Shown here piece after piece: positions 9,723-17,635 of a DNA stretch of 64,000 nucleotides (position 1 is the stretch's first letter; every line of letters starts with the position of its first letter). The notes under the pieces are model-generated. The model saw only the letters and a list, made by a program, of their open reading frames with translations, searched no databases and was not told the DNA's origin. The DNA lies in NCBI GenBank assembly GCA_963796275.1, contig CAWCKY010000001.1, forward strand, positions 800,001 to 864,000, in the 5' to 3' direction. The position numbers and the translations under genes are program-made. The DNA comes from an uncultured Acidobacteriota bacterium (GTDB taxonomy: Bacteria > Acidobacteriota > Blastocatellia > RBC074).

Positions 9723-10952
9723 TCAGGGTTGCGGCCGGCCGTTATCGGCTTGCACCCGGATATAACTTAGCAGCAGGCTTAAGTTACTGAAGCGAGCGAA
9801 GAGAATCTCTCTATCTTTTCCGTTCAGGTTAAACACTATCGCCACATTCCTCAGTATCTCCGCCCCGGCGACCAGATTCTCGGGCGTAAAGGTACTCCTC
9901 ACTGCCGCCAGATCATTTTCCGCTTCCAGGCGCGCTGCCTTCGATCGGATTTCAGAAAGGCTCGGACGCAGTAAGCCCTGTGGATCGCTGACTGCCCGAG
10001 TATAGAAATCATCGATATCTTTGGCGGTGATCGGGACGAGTGGCTGGCGGTCCTGAGGATAAAGCAACGTCACCATCGCCCATACTATTCCGCCATTGAG
10101 ATAAACTTTTTTCCGGTTAATCAGGCCGGGCCTCTTTTCCAGTTCACGTTGCAGAGGCTCGCGAACAGACTTACCGCTCAATATTTGTGCTTGACTGGCG
10201 AATTTCTTGATATCAGCACCTGCACCTGCCTCTTTTTCTACTTCATCCGAGAAACCGATCGTCCCCTGAGGAATTCCGAATGTGAAGAACACATTTTCGG
10301 GTTTGCCTTTCGGTAGAATTCGAATCTGCTGATAGCCGCCTTTGATATTACCGCTGCCGACATCTACCAACACTGACATTCCCCGGTTATCGAACCAAGT
10401 CGCTCTGTCTTGATAACGCCGGGGGATCGTGCCAGCGATACTGAGGCTCGCTTCAGACTGCATGTCGAGTAAAGCTACATTCTTACCGGTTTTATTAGTT
10501 ATCGTTTTTGTAAGTTCTCCGGTGTTGTCCGCGATGAGATCGCTGCAAATGATAATATAAATCTGCTCTCTGAGAATTTGATGCTCTTGTTGCATCCGCT
10601 TGTAGAGCGTATCTACTAACTGAGAGATGTTGATGATAGCTTCATCGGTCAAATTCCCATCTTTGTATTGAGCCAGCTTGTTATTTATTACTTCAGTGGA
10701 GATTATTTTTACTCTACCGCTGGATTCGGAAATCTGGATAGCAATAGATTTAATACTTTTAGATCCTATCTCAATTCCGCCATGCAACTCACTTCGATTA
10801 TTTTGTTTCCGGTTAAGTGGGTGTCCTTTAGTAGTGAGTAGTAGATTGAGGCTCAGTGTTCCTATAGAAAGAGTAACAAAAAAAATAATGTGCAACTTCA
10901 GGGTCAGGAGATATGAAAACCGCTCTCTTAACCCAGTAACCCCTACGAGCAT
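9723..10952 (-). CDS. Membrane-anchored/exported Ppx/GppA-like (ASKHA fold) protein
   Basis: N-terminal hydrophobic helix; GGIEIGSKSIK and VDVGSGNIKGG phosphate-loop motifs; lower GC. Confidence 0.65.
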   Translation of the reverse strand: MLVGVTGLRERFSYLLTLKLHIIFFVTLSIGTLSLNLLLTTKGHPLNRKQNNRSELHGGIEIGSKSIKSIAIQISESSGRVKIISTEVINNKLAQYKDGNLTDEAIINISQLVDTLYKRMQQEHQILREQIYIIICSDLIADNTGELTKTITNKTGKNVALLDMQSEASLSIAGTIPRRYQDRATWFDNRGMSVLVDVGSGNIKGGYQQIRILPKGKPENVFFTFGIPQGTIGFSDEVEKEAGAGADIKKFASQAQILSGKSVREPLQRELEKRPGLINRKKVYLNGGIVWAMVTLLYPQDRQPLVPITAKDIDDFYTRAVSDPQGLLRPSLSEIRSKAARLEAENDLAAVRSTFTPENLVAGAEILRNVAIVFNLNGKDREILFARFSNLSLLLSYIRVQADNGRPQP

Positions 10953-11116
10953 CTCACAATTCTCCTTTTTAGCTTACGACCGGCATGCTCAAAGTGGGCG
11001 TCGTTGTTGAATATTTATGAGGGCATCCGTGTTTCTAAGTCTTTATCTACGACTAATACTACAGCAGCCTGATCCGGGACGCAAGATATTCAATAATCGC
11101 TTCAAAAACTTTTATA

Positions 11117-11145
11117 TTGACTGTGTTTCTTGCTCGTGTTAAATT
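11117..11145 (+). promoter_or_regulatory. Sigma70-type promoter
   Basis: TTGACT (11117-11122), 17 bp spacer, TAAATT (11140-11145), with extended -10 TG. Confidence 0.7.
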
Positions 11146-11210
11146 CAAAATTCTCGTTGAATAAGACGAGAGGAATGTGTGAGCAGCTAAAAAGCAACTA
11201 AAAAAAAGTT

Positions 11211-11324
11211 ATGGTAATCATTGGTAGATACAATTATATGAATGATCTCCAATTCGCACAGGATCCGCGCACGCGGGTCTGGATGGGTGCAGGATACCGG
11301 AAGAGATTACTTGTCTACCCTTAG
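11211..11324 (+). CDS. Putative attenuator leader peptide MVIIGRYNYMNDLQFAQDPRTRVWMGAGYRKRLLVYP (alternative start 11238)
   Basis: Short ORF between promoter and terminator; carries the antiterminator strand GGATACCGG. Confidence 0.55.
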   Translation: MVIIGRYNYMNDLQFAQDPRTRVWMGAGYRKRLLVYP

Positions 11325-11347
11325 ATAATCTCCAAATCGGGTTAAAT

Positions 11348-11397
11348 AAACCCCGGCCGGTATCCAAAATAGGAATACCGGCCGGGGTTTTAGTTTT
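11348..11397 (+). terminator. Intrinsic terminator of attenuator
   Basis: AAACCCCGGCCGGTAT...ATACCGGCCGGGGTTT followed by TAGTTTT. Confidence 0.85.
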
Positions 11398-11407
11398 CAG
11401 GTATCAG

Positions 11408-11501
11408 GGTATCGGGACGATGAAGCCAAAGCAATCGAGGCACGGCGAATAACAAATATAGCCGTAGTAGCTGGTGAGAGACCAGTCATCGTATAACACC
11501 A
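11408..11501 (+). ncRNA. tRNA-like cloverleaf without a canonical anticodon loop
   Basis: ACGATG/CATCGT acceptor, GCC/GGC D stem, ACGGC/GCCGT stem with 14-nt loop, GCTGG-TGAGAGA-CCAGT T arm, ends ACCA. Confidence 0.65.
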
Positions 11502-12180
11502 CTTTCAGGATGCGTTGCCGTAGACTCGGCTGACATAGTTACACTAAAGCTGTTCCGGATGTGAAGGTACCGGTTTAGGTAGTTTCACATGGTGGCATTA
11601 GTGTGACCGTCGGTAGAATCCGTCAAGGCTCACTGGCGATGCCCTGAGCGAATGTAGGGCAGGGTTTTATCCTGCCCTGTGAAGGGAAAGGCATTTAGAA
11701 ACTGCCCTACATTATTGACATTCAGGTTCGAAACTTAAGTAAAATATTTTCACAGGTCAGCCCGCGAAATGGGCGGAGGCATCTAGCACTGGGTATGCTC
11801 GTGATATAGCTTGGAGCCCATGAATATGGGCGACAAAGTTTGGGTAATGACAAGGGCTAAATCTCACCGCCCACTCCGTGGGCTGATATGGTTTGTGAAA
11901 AGCTGATTATCCGAAGATCAACAATGCTCACATCGCATGTGTGTACACCGACATCGGGCTAAGGAGCTGAATATAAGAAAGCGTCGGCAAGAAAGAGCTC
12001 ATAGTGCACCGTAGTATAACTTTGTAGGTATTTTTTTGTTATCGTCGAGGGTGCGCGGCGCATTCGAGAAGTGTGCATATGACAGTCGATTTTTATATGA
12101 AAGAATGACGGTTCGAAGAAGACCGGGAATATCGCGCAGCCATAGCACAACCTACCCAAATTAAAGCTGAGAAAATCAGT
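11502..12180 (+). ncRNA. Large highly structured ncRNA, candidate ROOL-like
   Basis: No credible ORF; many nested G-U-containing helices, candidate long-range pseudoknot; motifs recalled from ROOL (not computed). Confidence 0.6.
11651..11713. repeat. GTAG-type REP-like hairpin inside the ncRNA
   Basis: AATGTAGGGCAG / CTGCCCTACATT perfect 12-bp inverted repeat. Confidence 0.7.
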
Positions 12181-12285
12181 ACCGCGAGCGGTGGCGAGCG
12201 TAGTTTCCAGAACTCAGAATATTCCAGAAACTAAGCTCGTTTCGTATGTTAAAGGTTTTACGATGACCGCTATGCCATACCCGAT

Positions 12286-13768
12286 TCACCATCCCAGCAC
12301 ACGATTTCCCGGGTCATTCCACCTGCTCAAGATCACTTTGTTATGCGTATAGAAGAGGAATCCTTCGGTGCCTTGAATATGCAGGTCGCCGAAGAATGAT
12401 TGATTCCAGCCGGTGAATGGAAAGATCGCCATTGGCGCGGGGACGCCTACATTCACACCAATCATCCCGCATTTGACATAACGGGCGAATGTGCGAGCCG
12501 AGCCACCGTCGCGCGTAAAGATTACGGCGCCGTTTCCGTAGGGCGAAGCGTTCGCGCGCGCGATCGCCTCGTGGATATCCGCGACGCGCATCACTGAAAG
12601 GACCGGTCCGAAAATTTCATCGGACGCAATGTGCATCTCCGATTCCACGCGATCAAAAATCGTCGGCCCCACAAAGAAACCTTCGCTGGATTGGGTCAAA
12701 GACGTGTTGCGGCCGTCAGTTGCCAGCCTTGCCCCTTCGTTCAACCCGGTATCGATATAGTTGCGGACCCGATCTCGGGCGGCGGGATCTATCACTGGTC
12801 CCATATCGACTGCGCCGCCATCATCGGTCGGTCCAACGCGCATCTTCCGCGCCGCGGCATCGAGGCTTTCGATCAATGCATCTCCCGCCTTGCCGACTGC
12901 GACGGCGACGCTGCCAGCCATGCAACGTTGCCCGCTGCATCCGAACGCCGCGCCTATGATCTGACTCGTCGCGGCATCCAGATACCGCATCAGGCATAAC
13001 CAGCATATAATTCTTCGCACCGCCGGCGGCCTGTACGCGCTTACCGTGCGCCGTCCCGGTTTCATAAATATATTTTGCTACCCCGGTCGAGCCGACGAAA
13101 CTGACGGCCGCAACATCGGGATGGGTGAGCAGGGCATCGACCGTTTCGCTGCCGCCATTCACAACGTTGAAGACGCCCTTTGGTAAGCCGGCGTCGGTGA
13201 GCAGTTCCGCCATCCGTAATGGGGTCAGCGGGACTTTCGGCGACGGTTTGAGGATGAAGGTGTTTCCGCAGACGATGGCGATAGGGAACATCCAAAGCGG
13301 GACCATGGCGGGAAAATTGAACGGCGTGATGCCCACGCAGACTCCCAATGGATGGCGCTGTACTTGTCCGTCGATTCCGCGCGCTATGTTGTCGAGAGTC
13401 TGTCCCATGAGTATAGACGGAGCGCTGCAGGCCAGTTCGACCATTTCTATTCCGCGCCGCACGTCTCCACGCGCTTCTTCGAGGGTCTTGCCGTGTTCGC
13501 GCGTGACCATGCGTGCTAGGGAATCGAAGTTTTCTTCGAGCAAGTGCGCGAAACGAAACATAATGCGCGCTCGCTCTACAACTGGCGTATCAGCCCAGGC
13601 TGAAAAAGCATTTTTGGCGGTTTGGACTGCTCGATCGACGGTTTGAGGGTCGCTGTCTGGGGTCTGCGCGATTACCTCTCCCCTGGATGGATTGTAGACT
13701 GGTGTGTAATGCGATGATGTGGCGGGTGTCAGATCGCCGCCGATGTAGTTGTGGCATATAGTGTTCAT
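12286..13768 (-). CDS. mmsA: CoA-acylating (methyl)malonate-semialdehyde dehydrogenase; frameshift near 12984
   Basis: ITPFNFPAMVPLW, VSFVGST, AGGAKN, GCSGQRCMA, EIFGPV, GNGAVIFT. Confidence 0.92.
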
Positions 13769-13848
13769 AGGCGCCTCTTCATTTAGCTATGGTGTTGGTT
13801 GTTATCAGTGCCTTTCTGAACATCCGGCGACCAAAAGCAACCGTGGAC

Positions 13849-14742
13849 TCAATAATTTACATATACATCTCCTAAAATAACACTCTGCAATCTCCTAAGA
13901 AACTCTTCCAGTAAATTTGCTCCGACGCTTAAACGATAATCGGCTGTTGATCGCATGTCATCGATGGGTATTAACTCCGCAGCGAGTTGCGCACGGGAAT
14001 CATCGATTAACGACTTATCTATCTTTCGATCTTTCATAACAGCTTCCGTCTTCAAAGCTCTCATCGGAACGGGCGCTACGCTTCCAAATGCCAGGCGAAT
14101 ATCTCTGAGCTCCTTGCCGTCCAATTGGGCCATCCCGGCGAAGCATACTTTGGAGATCGCCTGGGCCTTGCGCGTGCCAACTTTGCGCATCCGCTGATGC
14201 CACTCCTTCGTCGCACGAGGAAGTCGGATCGCTTTGATCAGCTCGTCCTGATGCATAATGGTCGTTTTGTATCCGGTGTGGAAACCCTGATACCCGACCC
14301 AGCGCGATCCTCGAGCAGAAACAAGCTCCAGTTCGGCTGCATAGACGAGCAGCGGCGGGAGCGAGTCTGCCGCGGGCGAAGCGTTGGCGATGTTCCCGCC
14401 GATCGTACCCCGATTCTGGATTGCCACGCCGCCGGTCAGGCTCGCTGCTTCACAGAGCATCGGAAATTCTTCGCGCAGTATGAAGTCCGCCTGCACACGC
14501 GTGTAGGTCGTCAAAGCGCCCAGCGTAATATGATCGTGGGTCGCTTCGATGCCTCTGAGTTCAGGCAAATGTTGAATGCTGAGATATTGTCGGTGATCGA
14601 GTTTGCCTGCTTCCAGCAAGACCATCAAATCGGTGCCGCCTGCAAACGGCTTCCATACCCCCGGTTCATCAGCCATCAGGTGTAATGCCTCATCGAGGTT
14701 CGCTGGAACACGAAGTTCATAATCGGGAAGATAGGCACGCAT
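13849..14742 (-). CDS. Xanthine dehydrogenase family FAD-binding subunit
   Basis: AGGTDL, IQNRGTIGGNIANASPAAD, DDMRSTADYR. Confidence 0.93.
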   Translation of the reverse strand: MRAYLPDYELRVPANLDEALHLMADEPGVWKPFAGGTDLMVLLEAGKLDHRQYLSIQHLPELRGIEATHDHITLGALTTYTRVQADFILREEFPMLCEAASLTGGVAIQNRGTIGGNIANASPAADSLPPLLVYAAELELVSARGSRWVGYQGFHTGYKTTIMHQDELIKAIRLPRATKEWHQRMRKVGTRKAQAISKVCFAGMAQLDGKELRDIRLAFGSVAPVPMRALKTEAVMKDRKIDKSLIDDSRAQLAAELIPIDDMRSTADYRLSVGANLLEEFLRRLQSVILGDVYVNY

Positions 14743-14747
14743 ATTAT

Positions 14748-15236
14748 TTATTCGTCACTTGCGATATTCGTTGTGGATTTTACCGCGTCGAATATCTTCA
14801 TATACCCGGTGCAACGGCACAGATTACCGGCCAGTCCATTGCGTATCTCAGTTTCGCTCGGCTTCGGGTTGAGTTGGAGCAGATATATCGCGGCCATAAT
14901 CATTCCCGGAGTGCAGATTCCGCATTGTGCGCCTCCGCATTCGATGAACGCACGCTGCAAAGCATGCAAGCTCTTGCCCTCTGCAACCCCTTCGATAGTA
15001 GTAATTTTTGTCGCATTGGCTTGCACGATCGGAACCAGACAGCTATTAACCAATTCTCCATCAATAATGACAGAGCAGGCGCCGCATTCACCTTCTCCGC
15101 AGCCTTCTTTTGTGCCGGTCATGCGCAACTCTTCGCGCAGCACATCCAGCAGCCGGGCCATCGGCCACGCCAGCGCATTGCGCATTTCTCCATTCACAGA
15201 GAAAGTTACTCTGATTTTTCCGCTGTCGTCAGACAT
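14748..15236 (-). CDS. Xanthine dehydrogenase family 2x[2Fe-2S] subunit
   Basis: GTKEGCGEGECGAC, QCGICTPG, GNLCRCTGY. Confidence 0.95.
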   Translation of the reverse strand: MSDDSGKIRVTFSVNGEMRNALAWPMARLLDVLREELRMTGTKEGCGEGECGACSVIIDGELVNSCLVPIVQANATKITTIEGVAEGKSLHALQRAFIECGGAQCGICTPGMIMAAIYLLQLNPKPSETEIRNGLAGNLCRCTGYMKIFDAVKSTTNIASDE

Positions 15237-17478
15237 TGTTGCCTCCTGCTGACTTCGCTCTCAACATAGCAAGCATCAATGACTCGGGCATGAGGGGAAT
15301 GTGATTTACCTCGATCCCCAGGGCATCTTCGATAGCGTTCAAGATGGCCGGCGCAGCACCATCCATAGGCAATTCGCCGATGCCTTTTGCTCCCTCCGGG
15401 CCGTACTCATACGGCAATTCTTCGAAATAGGCGCGAATCGGCGGAATGTCGGCTGAAGTCGGCATGATGTAATTGGTCATTTGATTATTGATCATCCGGC
15501 CGTCCCGCCATACGACGTTTTCGTAAAGCGTATAGCCGATTGCCTGTGCGACACCGCCTTCGATCTGACCGGCTGCGAGTATGGGATGAATAACCTTGCC
15601 GACGTCCTGTAGAGCTACGAAGTCATCGATGCAAACCTCGCAGGTAACGGTGTCGATCGTTATTTGGGCGACATAGACGGCCCAGGCATAGGCGCCGTAA
15701 GCGTCGCCCTCATACTTTTCGTCATCCCAATGGATGCCTGGCGGAGGCTCGTATTTGCTGAATGATCTCAATGGCCCATATCGTTCGATATAACTGCTGC
15801 AGGCATTCGCAAATTCTGTCGGCCCGTAGTTTTCGCTGAGCATCCCGCTAGCGATCAGCATCTGTTTTAACGCGAATGCGGCGGATTCGACCAGTTTCCC
15901 GACGACCATACACGTGCGCGATGCGACGGTCGGGCCGCTATTGGGCACGCTCGCCGTGTCCGGCTGCGCGATCTCTACCATCTCGTAATCGAGGTTGAGA
16001 GCATCGGCGGCGATCTGCGAAAGGATCGTGTTCGTCCCCTGTCCGATTTCGGTGCTTCCCGTGAGAATTTTAACGCGGCCCTCTGCCGTCGCTTCGAGGC
16101 CGACTACCGAAGCGAGGTAGACCTCGCCTGACCCGGTGAAGCCGGCTCCGTGCATAAATGTTGCGAAGCCTATGCCCTTTTTCTCCGTCGTATTCCTCGA
16201 ATTGTGGATGGCAAAGAGTTCCCGTTTGTTATGGTAATCGCTTAACTCAAGGCCGCGACTCAGCAAGCGATTCAAATCGATCTTTTCGCGTATGACCTGA
16301 CCGGTGGCCGTCTTCTGACTTTCTCGGATGAAGTTGCGGCGGCGGAATTCCTCGGGCGTCAATCCCGCGGTACGCGCGACTTTATTCATATGCCGTTCGA
16401 GCGCGAAGATGCTCTGTGGTGCGCCGAAGCCGCGAAATGCGCCGTGCGGAGGGTGATTGGTCGCGACGGCCATGCTGCGGATGCGGATATTCGGACAAAA
16501 GTAGGGGCCCGCGGCGTGAATCGTCCCGCGCGAGAGCACTACTGACGACAAGGTCGCGTAAGCTCCGCCATCGATGACGAAGTCGATATCCATCGCCAGG
16601 AGTTTTCCGTCTTTATCGACCGCCGTGCGGTGACGCGTGCGTGAAGGGTGGCGCTTCGTCGTCGCCGCCATATCTTCAGCGCGATCATATGCGATTTTGA
16701 CCGGCATGCCTGATTTCCACGCGAGGAGTGCGGCGTGGCCGGCGATGACGGAAGGATATTCCTCTTTGCCACCGAATCCGCCGCCGGTCACCGTCTGAAC
16801 GACGCGGATTTTTTCAGCGGGCAGTCCGAACAGTTGCAAAAGCGCTTGCTGAACGTAGTAGGGGCATTGCATCGAGCCCCATACGGTGACGCCGTCGTCC
16901 GGATCGGCGACGGCGATCATCCCGTTATTTTCAATATAGAGCTGTTCTTGTGCGCCAGTCTCATATTCTCCTTCCACAATCAATGCAGCGTTCGCCCAGG
17001 CATTTTCTACATCACCCTTGTTTAGTTGAAAAGCTTTGATGACATTGTCAGCGCCCCAGATGATCTCCGATTTGTTGAGCGAATCTTCGATGGTGAAGAT
17101 AGGATTGAGCGGCTCTATCTCAAGTTTCACCGCGCGGCGCGCTTTTTCGAGCAGATACTTATCGCGGTGCGCCAGGAGCAGAATGGGCTCTTCGGGGTGG
17201 TTGACGAATTGATCGGCTAGATATGGCTGATCTTCAAGGATCAGTGCGACGCAGTTTTCGCCGGGGATGTCTCGTGCCGTCACGATAACGAACTCGTTCC
17301 ACGGAATATCACCATCAAATGAGATATTGCGGATACGCCCGCGCGGAACGGGTGATCTGACTGTGACCCCGTAGAGCATATCGGGGAACGTCAGATCGTC
17401 GACGTAGATCGCCTTTCCTGTGACTTTGTCGCGGCCTTCTTTGCGTTGAACTGGCTGACCGATAAACTGATTTGGCAT
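15229..17478 (-). CDS. Xanthine dehydrogenase family molybdopterin-binding subunit
   Basis: GGGFGGK, AFRGFGAPQ, EIGQG, GQIEGG, GAKGIGE. Confidence 0.94.
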   Translation of the reverse strand: MPNQFIGQPVQRKEGRDKVTGKAIYVDDLTFPDMLYGVTVRSPVPRGRIRNISFDGDIPWNEFVIVTARDIPGENCVALILEDQPYLADQFVNHPEEPILLLAHRDKYLLEKARRAVKLEIEPLNPIFTIEDSLNKSEIIWGADNVIKAFQLNKGDVENAWANAALIVEGEYETGAQEQLYIENNGMIAVADPDDGVTVWGSMQCPYYVQQALLQLFGLPAEKIRVVQTVTGGGFGGKEEYPSVIAGHAALLAWKSGMPVKIAYDRAEDMAATTKRHPSRTRHRTAVDKDGKLLAMDIDFVIDGGAYATLSSVVLSRGTIHAAGPYFCPNIRIRSMAVATNHPPHGAFRGFGAPQSIFALERHMNKVARTAGLTPEEFRRRNFIRESQKTATGQVIREKIDLNRLLSRGLELSDYHNKRELFAIHNSRNTTEKKGIGFATFMHGAGFTGSGEVYLASVVGLEATAEGRVKILTGSTEIGQGTNTILSQIAADALNLDYEMVEIAQPDTASVPNSGPTVASRTCMVVGKLVESAAFALKQMLIASGMLSENYGPTEFANACSSYIERYGPLRSFSKYEPPPGIHWDDEKYEGDAYGAYAWAVYVAQITIDTVTCEVCIDDFVALQDVGKVIHPILAAGQIEGGVAQAIGYTLYENVVWRDGRMINNQMTNYIMPTSADIPPIRAYFEELPYEYGPEGAKGIGELPMDGAAPAILNAIEDALGIEVNHIPLMPESLMLAMLRAKSAGGNNV

Positions 17479-17635
17479 AGGCGTGATATTATAATTCCAA
17501 CTTAGGAATGTAGGTGGAAGCAAAAAAGGAAAAGTGGGAAAAAGACGAAATCTTTTGCAATTATTGCAGTTTTTGCCGTTTCTGGTTCCACCGGCCTTCG
17601 CTAAGAGACATCAACCATCAGCGTAATAGATTGCC

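Noticed and set aside
11502-12180. Group I/II intron, RNase P, tmRNA, SRP or retron identity
   Set aside because: No domain V, GGAAAGTC, tmRNA ends or SRP loop motif seen; no RT or host gene
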